Of a DNA stretch of 64,000 nucleotides, positions 25,012-37,985 are shown one piece after another. The DNA comes from Eledone cirrhosa (Eukaryota), in NCBI GenBank assembly GCA_964016885.1, contig OZ024750.1, forward strand, positions 53,196,001 to 53,260,000, written 5' to 3'. The notes below the pieces were generated by a model. It saw nothing but the letters and a program-made list of their open reading frames with translations, had not been told where the DNA came from and searched no databases. Within the stretch, counting starts at the first letter, position 1. Each line of letters begins with the position of its first letter. Position numbers and translations under genes: made by a program.

Positions 25012-27377
25012 TCCTCCTTCTCATTCTTCTCCTCGCTCTTGTTTTTCTTCTTATTGACCTCCTCCTCCTTCCAGAGACTAGATCCGTCTGAGAACTCCAT
25101 TTTACGTCATGGTTTCTACAGCTGGATGCCCTTCATATTGCCAACCACTTTATTGTAAATTCTTTCTTGATTTTGATATTTGCTTGTAATCTAATCATGA
25201 AGATACACTTTTTAACATTGAGTTCAAACAGCAACTCCTGTCACCAGAAAAATGTTGACTGGATTGGATCGTGGCTCCAATCATTAAAACAAATATTCAT
25301 GAGACAGATGAGATGTTTTCACATGTGAGAGCAACTAAAGCTATACAGGAGGGCATGAGCTGGTTTCTAGTGTTACACAGACACCATGGAGTATTTGACC
25401 TAGAATTTAATGAAATCACATCTGATAACTTGGTTTCCAGTGAATGTTGATCCAACATGGAGTATCCCAGCTAGATTTACTGAATGCAGATGTAAAATGG
25501 CAGGCATAACCTAGTTTCTTGCAAATCTAGATCCACCATAGAACGCCTAACCTAGATTTTAGGAAATGTAAATCCCAAATAAACACATGCATGACCTAGT
25601 TTCTAGTGATTCTAGATCCAGCAGGAAGGGATAGCTAAGCTACATTTTTGTGAATGTAAATCCAAATTGGATAAATACATGACCTAGTTTTTATTGATCC
25701 TAGATCCAAAAGAGAGGAATATCTGTGCTAGGTTTTAATGAATGCAGATCTGACTTGGAGAACTTGCCTTTGTTTCTAGAGAATATATGTTCCTGGCTGC
25801 TAGCAACAGGGTGCACATTGCCCTAGTTTTAGTGGACATAGGTTGAAATAGGGGTCATTTACTAGCAATAAAATGTACACTGTTGCAATTCTAGGGAACA
25901 TAGGATCCAATAGGGACAGGGAATACTACAGGTAAGAAGTACATAACCTACATTTTATATTCTAGAAATTATGAGCTTCCAGACTTTCTGTATTTTGAAA
26001 TATAGCAGACCATCTGTTTTATGGCAATGGCACCTCTCTACCTCCCCTTCATGACACACGTAGTCTTTTATAAACACACCTAACAGTATATATACATTTG
26101 CCATAAATATATGCAAACACAACACACACATATGCACATACACATGCTTGACATAAATACACAAGAGCACATACAGTTGAGCACAGGATACACACACCTA
26201 CATATTCACACACTTTCATAAATACCTATGTGAACACTATGTATGTTTATATATAGAGATGTACTATGCATTTGCATTTATGAATATATATATTCATAAA
26301 TTATGTGTATACAAATCTCTATACATAACTTATGAATATATGTATTCTTCTTATATTATCATTACTCACTTACAAATACATTTAGGTATCCATCACGTTA
26401 AAAGCGAAAACAATGTTTGGTTCTTAATTTTCAGTCGTAAAATTGGTCGGTATGCAAATGAAGCTAATTAGCCGATGTATACATTTGAGAATACTATGTA
26501 TGGTCAGCAGTTCCAGTGAGTAGCAAGTGAGGAAAATACACAATCTTGACAAATAGTAAGATACTCTGAAACAATTGTTGTTTTCTCTCAGCTACTGCTG
26601 GAACAAAAGGATAATGTTGTCATCCCTAACCTTGTGCTGTCTTATGAGGTTGTTTACTTGTAAACAGACCGAATATTAAAAATATTATGATATATTATTA
26701 TTAATCACTCCTGAATACATTTAGGTATCCAGCATGTTAAGAGAGAAAACAATGTTTTTCACTGTTATATTGTAACATGTCAACATAAAGTTATGCTGCT
26801 CCTGTAAAAGAAGAAAACTCTTAGCTCAACTCACAATTTCACGGTTGAGTGGTTAACATTAGGAAGAACATGATACAGCTTTAACAACAATAGTAATATT
26901 CACCCAAACTAACATGGAAAATCTTGTGTAAAACTAATTATTGTATTTATTTAATCAATTTAAACGTCCCTATAGAGGTGGTGAGCCATGACAGACTGAG
27001 AAAAGCTGTCTAATAATACCCCTTATAATTGAGAGAGAGAAAGGACAGCTATAAAGCAGTTAAATGTGTTGTATCCACCATGTGTTAAAAATAAAAAAAA
27101 CCTTATTTATGGCTGGTAGATTCCTGACAATATGTTGCACTGCCAATCATGGAATTTCTCTTATTTCTCATTCTATCTTCTGATAAAGGACTAGCATGCG
27201 AAACATTAAGACTGTACCAAACATTAATCTAATGTATATCTTCACTGTACTGTGTCATTTGCTGAGTTGTTTTCCATTTACTTTTTGCATACACATAAAA
27301 ATGTTTTTTTTTCCTTTATAAACAGTATATGTGTCCTTCATTCAGTGTATGTTTAGTGTGTGTGTTTATTTATGATA

Positions 27378-27500
27378 GGTGCAGGATGGCTGAGTGGTTA
27401 AAGAGTTCAGCAATGTGGTTCTTGGTTCTCTCCCATTGCACCTTGGGCAAATATCTTTTACTATAGCTTTCACTGACCAATGCCTTATCAGTGGAATTAC
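27378..27500 (+). mobile_element. Degenerate tRNA-derived SINE, second family
   Basis: A-box-like TGGCTGAGTGGTTAA, then GGTTC...CACCTTGGGCAAATATCTTTTACTATAGC. Loosely related heads at about 95-160, 33140-33230 and 37715-37820. Confidence 0.55.
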
Positions 27501-27542
27501 ACAGAAACTCATTAGCTTGTTATAAATATATATATCTATGAA

Positions 27543-27605
<63 letters not shown>

Positions 27606-28226
27606 AAATAACAGATTAAAGTTCAAGCAAAGAATCGCTGCATTCACCCTTAATGGGATCTTCTCATAATAATAATATTATATATATATATGATGATGGC
27701 TGCAACTTGATTTTGAGTAATGCCATCGCTTGATACTTAAGTATGAGCATCATGGACGAAGCTTTTTTACTCCTGCTTGAAGCTTTTTTAAGTGAGGAAA
27801 GGTGTACACAGAGCCAATCCCACTATCTGAACATTGAATGCATTTACTCAAAAAGAAGAACTGGTCTACATGGTTGGATGCAAACAAAGTCAGAGGTTTT
27901 ATATCAGTGACCTTCTAGAGAGATGTCTTAAGACTAGGAGTCTCTCGTCACTCCACAAAAAAAAAATATTTTTTCACACACAAGTGAAATATAGGCATTG
28001 TTAACTTAAGAGAAACATAAAAATGAGTGGCACTCCAAGGAGTGGCACTCCAATTTGAACTTGTTTATAGAATTCTTTCTGCCTGTCTCACTCTAAATAT
28101 AAATTATAGCTTTAAAGAATTCCCCTTTCTTTAAACCCATCAACCAATGACCTCCATCCATCCCAATCCCCACCCTCTCCTACCACCAGAAAAGATATAA
28201 ATACCACCATATTTACTTGGACAGTC

Positions 28227-28277
28227 AGCTTCCTGATGATTTCTCACGAATGAAACAGTTCTAGTCCTGTAGAAGTT
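28227..28277 (+). ncRNA. Type I hammerhead ribozyme motif
   Basis: Stem I AGCTTC/GAAGTT; core CTGATGA; stem II t-TTC-tcac-GAA-t; GAA; stem III ACAG-ttctagtc-CTGT; cleavage triplet GUA (after 28271). Confidence 0.75.
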
Positions 28278-28374
28278 TTTCTATATTAAACATTTATACT
28301 CTGCTATGTATTGAGTACCTTACTTTCTGTGGTTACCCCCGATTGAACCTGGGATAACATATATATATATATCA

Positions 28375-29085
28375 CCACCATCATCATCATCATCATCATC
28401 ATTTTAACAAGGGTTGGACAGGTGCTATTCAACACAGCATCTCTCCACTTGTCACGGTCCGTTGTCATCTCCTCTGTGAGTTTCAGCGATCTGAGGTCTG
28501 CTCTTACCACCTCCGCCCATGTTTTACGTGGTCTATCTCTACTGCGTCTTCCTTCTACTGGGATTTCTTGGCACTTCTTTACCCAGCGGTCATCCTCCAT
28601 GTCCATACCATCTCGGTCTTCTCTCCTGCACACCACAACTTATCCCTCTTATACCCAGTTTCTCTTTCAACTCATCTATGCTTGGTCGTTCACGCACATT
28701 GACATTGCACATCCAACAGAGCATACTTGCTTCTTTTCTCTCCAGCCGTCGCATATCTTCTGCAGTTGCTGCCCATGTCCCAAACCATGCAACATCGCGC
28801 ATCTCACACAGGCATCATATAACCGACCTTTCGTATGCAGGGAGAAACCCTTCTTTGTCAACAAAGGAAGCAGCTCCCTAAACTTCTTCCAACCCGTCCT
28901 TATTTTAGATACTATGGCCTCGGGACCCCCCCCCCCCACCCCTCCCATGCTAATCTGATCTCCTAGGTACCGGAAGCTATCCACCACTTCTATAGAACCC
29001 ACCTGCATTGGAAAAATGTGAAAATGTGTCTATCACTGTGAGTACCACTGCCAACTTTCCCTGTACATCTACTGTATACGTAGTT
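28375..29085 (-). mobile_element. RTE LINE 3' part, frameshifted, with (GAT)n tail
   Basis: IEVVDSFRYLGD, RTGWKKFRELLPLL, RWYGH, RPRKTW motifs split across frames. (CAT)n at about 28378-28402. Confidence 0.9.
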
Positions 29086-29094
29086 TTCCCTACA

Positions 29095-30246
29095 GAGACT
29101 GATGAATGTGGAGAACGAATGGGAGAGAGAGAAATTACCCTCAGTAGATCCGACAGAGGGACCAGCTATTGAGATTGACGAATATAGGGTCCAAGAGGCG
29201 ATTAAGGAAATGAAAAATGGTAAGGCTGCTGGACCATCGGGGATAGTTGCTGAGATGCTGAAGGCATCAGGGGACATAGGCACTAAACAGGTTGCATGCA
29301 TCATCAATCAGGCTATATATATGGTGGTGTCATACCCAAAGACTGGTGCAGCAGTATTCTCATAAATTGCTACAAAAGTAAAGGGGATGCTCTGGAGAGG
29401 AGCAATTATAGGGGTATAAAACTGATAGATCAGGTTATGAAAGTGGCAGAAAGGATATTAGCACAACTAATTAGAGAAAGGGTCAAACTAGATGAGATGC
29501 AGTTTGGTTTTGTGCCTGGGAAGAGTACAATAGATGCCCTCTTCTTGGTGAGACAATTGCAAGAGAGGTTCTTAGAGAAGAATAAGCCACTATACTTAGC
29601 CTTTGTTGACCTAGAGAAGGCCTTTGAAAGGGTACCCCGATCTGTCATCTGGTGGTCCCTAAGGAAACTCGATGTTGAGGAATGGCTTGTGAGGACAGTG
29701 CAAACTTTGTACAGAAGTACTGTCAGTAAAGTCAGGGTAGGAATGGAGTTTAGTGAGGAATTCCAGATACAAGTAGGAGTACATCAAGGTTCGGTCCTCA
29801 GCCCGATCTGGTTCTTATAGCAGAATCAGTAGAGGAGCTAGAGAATAAATTCTGGCTATGGAAACAGCAGTTGGAAGCAAGCGGACTGTGAGTGAACCTA
29901 GCTAAGACAAAAGTGTTGATGAGTAGAAAAGAGGACAACACTCTGATTCCGTCAGGGAAATGGCCATGTTCGATATGCAGAAAAGGAACTGGCATAAATT
30001 CTATAAAATGCACACAATGCAGATCCTGGGTACACAAGAGATGTAGCGGGATAGCAGGCAAACTAACAAGTAGGGAGAAATACGTATGCAGTAGATGTAC
30101 AGGGAAATTAGACAGTAGAAGTCGCATTGATAGACACATTTTTCAAATGCAGGCGGGTGCTATAGAAGTGGTGGATAGCTTCCGATACCTAGGAGATCAG
30201 ATTAGCATGGGAGAGGGGGGTTCCGAGGCCATAGTATCTAGAATAA
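29095..30246 (+). mobile_element. RTE LINE internal fragment (RT + PHD finger), degenerate
   Basis: KAAGPSGI, YK.KGDA, QFGF, FVDLEKAF, GVHQGSVLSP; the YADD region is deleted; then WPCSICRKG...WVHKRC...CSRC and FRYLGD. Confidence 0.9.
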
Positions 30247-30793
30247 CAGACTCTACTACAGCAATGAAGAGGCAGATTTTCAGGTTTTTACGAAGGTCCG
30301 ACTTCCACACCGATCTCAAGCTGTGGCACGCCGCCCAGACTTTGCTCTTCCTCTCAACCACATCATCTTCCGTGCTCGCAATCTTTGCTCCCAAATACAG
30401 GAAGTCCTCAACCAATTCTAGCGGCTTCCTGCCTACATTAGTGATCCCTCTGGCTTCTCAACATTCTGAGACTTGGACACTGACCAAGAAACTCACTCAG
30501 ATGGTGGATAGGTGCTACACGAGAATGCTGAGGATGGCTCTGAACATTAATCAGTATACACTGAGGATGAAAAACTCAGAGCTGCATGGGAGTCTCTCAA
30601 AAGTGACACAGAGGAGACTGAGGTTAGCTGGACATGCTCACCGGCATCGAAGAGGAAGACCAAGGTTAACGTATGTTTCTGCCCTAAGGATAGACACTGG
30701 TCTGTTGGAGACACAGGACATGGCAGCGATAATGAGGGACAGAGACCGCTGGAGAGAACTCGTCCATGGATCTCGGGAATTTTACCCTCCCTA

Positions 30794-30795
<2 letters not shown>
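30241..30795 (+). mobile_element. Second RTE-like family: 3' end with inverted 5' segment
   Basis: Minus strand about 30241-30445 reads VEDFLYLGAKI...LFIAVVESV. Plus strand about 30463-30794 reads SETWTLTK...YTRMLRMALN...RRLRLAGH...RGRP...DRDRWR. Followed by (TA)n. Confidence 0.85.
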
Positions 30796-30857
<62 letters not shown>

Positions 30858-31057
30858 CAATGGTCGGTTAAAAAGTTCATAGGCTGACTAAGAGGGAGAG
30901 ATGCTAGAGCTGTGAAATTTTGAACGCGTTAACTTCAACTCTTCTTATTAATAACTACATTGTTTCTTTCCAAGTATTATGTTGAAAAATAAACCTCATT
31001 TGGTCACTCCATGAGAGTGTCTTGGTCATACTATGAACTTTTCAGTCAACCATCATG
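30858..31057. mobile_element. Mariner-type MITE
   Basis: Imperfect TIRs CAATGGTCGGTTAAAAGTTCATAG / CTATGAACTTTTCAGTCAACCATCATG with TA on both flanks. Ends 45 bp before the second exon. Confidence 0.7.
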
Positions 31058-31102
31058 TATAAATGAAGTAAATCTCATATCAACCTCTTTTTCTGTTTTA
31101 AG

Positions 31103-31217
31103 GTGGCCGAAATAAGCAAGGTGGCCCTATTTTGACATTCCCTTCACACACTCATCCTGAAAGATTAAAATATGAAGATTTACGACGACTCATGACGTAT
31201 CTTGCCAGTGTGCCAAG
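31103..31217 (+). CDS. trio: Trio/Kalirin Sec14 domain, second exon in window (115 nt)
   Basis: Pyrimidine tract + TTTTAAG acceptor; donor AG|GTAAGT. Phase 1 in, phase 2 out. Encodes (G)GRNKQGGPILTFPSHTHPERLKYEDLRRLMTYLASVP(S), matching Trio GRDKRGGPILTFP...EDLRRLISYLA. Confidence 0.93.
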
Positions 31218-31917
31218 GTAAGTAATCATTGCATCACACCGATCACTGATCCTCCTACTATATCTCGCCTAGTGCTTCATTTCATGACCCTTCATTTCAT
31301 GTTGTTTTTCACAAGACTGGGGGCCCTATTATTAAAACATCCAATAAGCCTATTATGGGATTTATCCATGTAGGAAGCTAGCTAAACCTCTTCATAACTC
31401 CCAATGGAGTGGCAGGGGTGCTATTGTGACATATAGCATGTCTTGGGCATTTGTAAACAGGGGGGGGGGGGAGACTGACACCTCCTCACTTGACAACAGC
31501 CAATTTCTACCAAGTGAGGAAGGATGAAGAGAGAGTGAGAGGAAGGGAACAGAGAAGGAGTGAAAGGAGGGAGTAAGACAGTGAGAGGAGTGAGGGAGGG
31601 TGACAGAGAGAAAGGAAGGAGAGAGAGAAAGAATCATCTCCAGAATTGGACTAGTACATTTTATTGATCCTACTGAAAGGATTATTTGAAACACCTTGGC
31701 AGTGTCTTTCATTAGAGACATATTAAAACAGATGAGAATATAGAACAAAATGCCTTCTGCTATTTGTTCCAGTTCTCTGTATACTGAATTCAAATCCTGA
31801 GGTCAGTTACTTTGTCTTTCAATCTTCCAGGGTTGATTAAATAAAGTACCTGTCTGGAGTGGTGGATTGACAAGATTGTTAGTATAGGACAAGATGCCTG
31901 ACAGTATTTATTTCAAT

Positions 31918-32885
31918 TGTTTAGTTCTCACTTCAAATCTCAGTGTGGCTTACTTAGCTAGTAGTTCAACTGTTTAGTTCTCACTTCAAATCTCAGCATG
32001 GCTTAGCTAGTAGTTCAACTGTTTAGTTCTCACTTCAAATCTCAGCTTGGCTTAGCTAGTAGTTCAACTGTTTAGTTCTCACTTCAAATCTCAATGTGGC
32101 TTACTTAGCTAGTATTTCAACTGTTTAGTTCTCACTTCAAATCTCAATGTGGCTTACTTAGCTAGTAGTTCAACTGTTTAGTTCTCACTTCAAATCACAG
32201 TGTGGCTTACTTAGCTAGTAGTTCAACTGTTTACTTCTCACTTCAAATCACAGTGTGGCTTACTTAGCTAGTAGTTCAACTGTTTAGTTCTCACTTCAAA
32301 TCTCAGCATGGCTTACTTAGCTAGTAGTTCAACTGTTTGGTTCTCACTTCAAATCTTAGCATGGCTTAGCTAGTAGTTCAACTGTTTAGTTCTCACTTCA
32401 AATCTCAGTGTGGTTTAGCTAGTAGTCCAACTTTTTAGTTCTCACTTCAAATCTCAGCATGGCTTAGCTAGTAGTTCAACTGTTTAATTCTCACTTCAAA
32501 TCTCAGCATGGCTTAGCTAGTAGTTCAACTGTTTAGTTCTCACTTCAAATCTCAGTGTGGTTTAGCTAGTAGTTCAACTGTTTAGTTCTCACTTCAAATC
32601 TCAGCATGGCTTAGCTAGTAGTTCAACTGTTTAATTCTCACTTCAAATCTCAGCATGGCTTAGCTAGTAGTTCAACTGTTTAGTTCTCACTTCAAATCTC
32701 AATGTGGCTTACTTAGCTAGTAGTTCAACTGTTTAGTTCTCACTTCAAATCTCAATGTGGCTTACTTAGCTAGTAGTTCAACTGTTTAGTTCTCACTTCA
32801 AATCTCAATGTGGCTTACTTAGCTAGTAGTTCAACTGTTTAGTTCTCACTTCAAATCTCAATGTGGCTTATTTAGCTAGTAGTTT
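31918..32885. repeat. 49/53-bp minisatellite, about 19 copies
   Basis: Unit GTTTAGTTCTCACTTCAAATCTCAGCATGG(CTTA)CTTAGCTAGTAGTTCAACT. Confidence 0.95.
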
Positions 32886-33467
32886 AAATCTTGTTTCAGT
32901 TTCCATTTGACCCATAGGTAGATTTATTTGGTTCAGTCCATTCTGTTGCAAGCATTCAAGCCAGGTCTCTAGTCTAAGGATACTTTAATCTCCCACTCAT
33001 CTCAGTAGTCATGAAAATAGGAAACTACCCTTCCTTCCCTCACTAAAAGGATGGGAGGTGGGGCATTTTTGCTACTTTCAATTATGGAGACAAATTGGTG
33101 CAAGTGTCCCCTTTTGAAAGTAGGGATCTATGTGGGGAATTTAGCCTAATGGTTTAGGTGTTGAACTCGTGGGAAGGTTTCATTCCTAGATTGGTTGGCA
33201 ATTGTATTATTGAGACAGGCACTTCATTTCATTTTGGTGGTTATCATAGGGGTGAGCTGTAAATTTCATTTTTTTTCATTTCCATCTATGTGATGGACCT
33301 GTTTAACACCAGGTTGGTCCTGATTGAGCATACGTATCAAGAAATGTGGTCCAGCCATAAGTATTTGGACTTTTGGTATATTAAAGACTACATTATCCAC
33401 AGGAATTTGGCTGCTATTTCTGATGGTGAAAATTTGGAAATATTAGGACATGTAAGAGAGATAAACT

Positions 33468-36054
33468 ACACACACACACACTTGTGAAGACATGACATAC
33501 ACACACACTTGTGAAGACATGACATACACACACTTGTAAAGACATGACACACACACACACTTGTGAAGACATGACACACACACACACACACTTGTGAAGA
33601 CATGACATACACACACTTATGAAGACATGACATATACACACTTGTGAAGACATGACACACACACACACACTTGTGAAGACATGACACACACACACTTGTG
33701 AAGACATGACACACACACACACTTGTGAAGACATGACACACACACACTTGTGAAGACATGACACACACACACTTGTGAAGACATGACACACACACACTTG
33801 TGAAGAGATGACACACACACACTTGTGAAGACATGACACACACACACTTGTGAAGACATGACACATGCACACTTGTGAAGACATGACACACACACACTTG
33901 TGAAGACATGACACACACACACTTGTGAAGACATGACATACACACACTTGTGAAGACATGACACACACACACACACACTTGTGAAGACATGACACACACA
34001 CACACACACTTGTGAAGACATGACACACACACACTTGTGAAGACATGACAACCACACACACTTGTGAAGACATGACACACACACACTTGTGAAGACATGA
34101 CACACACACACTTGTGAAGACATGACACACACACTTGTGAAGACATGACATACACACACTTGTGAAGACATGACATACACACACTTGTGAAGACATGACA
34201 CACGCACACTTGTGAAGACATGACACACGCACACTTGTGAAGACATGACATACACACACTTGTGAAGACATGACACACACACACTTGTGAAGACATGACA
34301 CACACACATGTGAAGACATGACACACACACACACTTGTGAAGACATGACACACACACACACTTGTGAAGACATGACACACACACACTTGTGAAGACATGA
34401 CACACACACACACTTGTGAAGACATGACACACACACACTTGTGAAGACATGACACACACACACTTGTGAAGACATGACACACACACACACTTGAGAAGAC
34501 ATGACACACACACACTTGAGAAGACATGACACACACACACTTGTGAAGACATGACATACACACACTTGTGAAGACATGACACACGCACACTTGTGAAGAC
34601 ATGACACACACACACTTGTGAAGACATGACACACACACTTGTGAAGACATGACACACACACACACTTGTGAAGACATGACACACACACACACTTGTGAAG
34701 ACATGACACACACACACACTTGTGAAGACATGACACACACACACACTTGTGAAGACATGACATACACACACACTTGTGAAGACATGACACACACACACAC
34801 TTGTGAAGACATGACACACACACACTTGTGAAGACATGACACACGCACACTTGTGAAGACATGACACACACACACACTTGTGAAGACATGACACACACAC
34901 ACTTGTGAAGACATGACACACACACACACTTGTGAAGACATGACACACACACACTTGTGAAGACATGACATACACACACTTGTGAAGACATGACACACAC
35001 ACACACACACACACACTTGTGAAGACATGACACACACACACTTGTGAAGACATGACAACCACACACACTTGTGAAGACATGACACACACACACTTGTGAA
35101 GACATGACACACACACACTTGTGAAGACATGACACACACACTTGTGAAGACATGACATACACACACTTGTGAAGACATGACATACACACACTTGTGAAGA
35201 CATGACACACGCACACTTGTGAAGACATGACACACGCACACTTGTGAAGACATGACACACGCACACTTGTGAAGACATGACACACACACACTTGTGAAGA
35301 CATGACACACACTTGTGAAGACATGACACACGCACACTTGTGAAGACATGACATACGCACACTTGTGAAGACATGACACACGCACACTTGTGAAGACATG
35401 ACACACACACACTTGTGAAGACATGACACACACACACTTGTGAAGACATGACACACACACACTTGTGAAGACATGACACACACACACTTGTGAAGACATG
35501 ACACACACACACTTGTGAAGACATGACACACACACACTTGTGAAGACATGACACACACACTTGTGAAGACATGACACACACACACTTGTGAAGATATGAC
35601 ACACACACACTTGTGAAGATATGACACACACACACTTGTGAAGACATGACACACACACACTTGTGAAGACATGACACACACACTTGTGAAGACATGACAC
35701 ACACACTTGTGAAGACATGACACACACACACTTGTGAAGACATGACACACACACACTTGTGAAGACATGACACACACACACACTTGTGAAGACATGACAC
35801 ATACACACACTTGTGAAGACATGACACACACACACACTTGTGAAGACATGACACACACACACACTTGTGAAGACATGACACACACACACACACACACACA
35901 CATGTGAAGACATGACATACACACATACTTGTGAAGACATGACATACACACACACTTGTGAAGACATGACACACACACACTTGTGAAGACATGACACACA
36001 CACACACTTGTGAAGACATGACACACACACACTTGTGAAGACATGACACACACA
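33468..36054. repeat. Composite minisatellite: constant core CTTGTGAAGACATGA + variable (CA)n, about 100 units
   Basis: Directly visible. Unit length mostly 24-28 bp. Confidence 0.97.
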
Positions 36055-36164
36055 TTTATAAATACATAAACTTGTAAACTGAGACATTTCTAAACATATA
36101 CGCACACACTTAATTAAACACACACTTGTAGCATGTACATACACTTATAAACATGCATACACAC

Positions 36165-37022
36165 ATACACACACAGTCACAGTCATACACACACACAGTC
36201 ACACATTCATACAGTCACGGTCATATATAGTCAGTCACACACAGTCATACAGAGTTTACACAGTCACACACACACACAGTCATACAGTCAGTCACATACA
36301 GTTAGTCATACAGTCACACACAACCATACAGTCATACAGTCATACACAGTCACACACACAGTCACACAGTCACAGTCACATACTGTCACACACGGTCACA
36401 GTCACGCACAGTCACACACAGTTACAGTCACATACTGTCATACACAGTCACACAGTCACAGTCACATACTGTCACACACTCAGTCACACACACTCAGTCA
36501 CACACAGTCAGTAACGCACAGTCATACACAGTCACACCCAGTCACATACTGTCACACACAGTCACACAGTCAGTCATACAATCAAACAGTCAGACACAGT
36601 CACAGTCTTGCAGTCACACAGTCACACACACACAGTCACACACAGCCACATACTGTCGCACAGTCACACAGTCAGTCATACAGTCACACAATCAAACAGT
36701 CACACAGTCGCACAGTCATACACAGTCACACTCAAACAGTCACACACAGTCAGTCACACAGTCATACAATCAAACAGTCACACACAGTCACACATAGTCA
36801 TACACACAGCCTCACACAGTCTTGTAGTCACACACAGTCATACACAGACACAGTCACACACACACACACAGCCACACAGCCACACACAACCATACACTGT
36901 CACACAGTCACACACGGTCACACAGTCACACACAGACACACAGTCATACACACAGTCTCACAGTCTTACACATACACAGTCACACAGTCTCACACACACA
37001 GTCACACACATACACACACACA
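36165..37022. repeat. Degenerate CAGTCA(CA)n low-complexity repeat
   Basis: Directly visible. Confidence 0.9.
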
Positions 37023-37343
37023 TTGACGACATCAGCCAGATGTAGAAAGTGGTTGAGGACTCCTTGTGTATCTCTTGTCTGATAATATATTGAAGTGGAG
37101 TAACATGGACAGGAGGGATGTAGTGAAGAGGGGGAGGGTGGGAGAGGAGGAACGGTGAGAGATAGAGAGGGAGGGAGAGAGGGTGAGAGACAGAGAGAGA
37201 GTACTGTATTACAGGAAGGATCCTCTGTTGTTTATCTGGTATATAGGGGGGGGGGGTGACGTGTCTATGTGGATGCATGTGTATATCATCATCATGTCTA
37301 TGTATTTACATTGTGTGTGTGAGTATACACACACCCACACACC

Positions 37344-37401
<58 letters not shown>

Positions 37402-37985
37402 TGTGTCTGTATATATACACACACACATATGCATGTATGTGTATGTGTTCATATATATTATGTCTCTCCCAAAATATATTAAATATTCAGGTGTAATATT
37501 TCATCCCTACCAGAGTCTTAAATGTGTATTTTACACGCCAATTACTCCCTGCCTATGTATTTATAAGTGTTCTGCTATAAATGACTTTAATTGTAGAAAA
37601 TTCTCAAGTTTAATCCAAAGTTACCTTCATTTTAAGATTTATATATTCATTTTCTCTTAAAAATATCAATTTAAATTTTTTAAAATTTATTTTTATGTTT
37701 TTTACAGTTTAGTCAGGTGACCTAGTGGTTAGGGTGTTGAATTCAATCATAAGCTCATAGGTTTGATTCCTGGACTGGGTTGTGCATTGTGTTCTTGAGC
37801 AAGGCACATCATTTTATGTTGCTTATGGGACCCTTATTAAAATACCTAAGAAATGTATGAAATAGAACTTCATTGAAGGCCAGCTCATCCTAGATATGTG
37901 TAAAGTGTAACAATGGTACTTTTTTAACTTAAAAAGATGAAAGCTAAAACTCAACGTCGATGTAGGGAATAATATTATTAATACT

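Noticed and set aside
24145-25158. 337-aa Cys-containing repeat ORF
   Set aside because: Frame preserved only because the unit is 57 bp; the sequence derives from the antisense strand of an RTE remnant.
33414-36144. Cys-rich 800-900 aa ORFs, and CRISPR-like repeat-spacer appearance
   Set aside because: All three minus frames are open because of TG repeats. Spacers are only (CA)n, not unique sequences.
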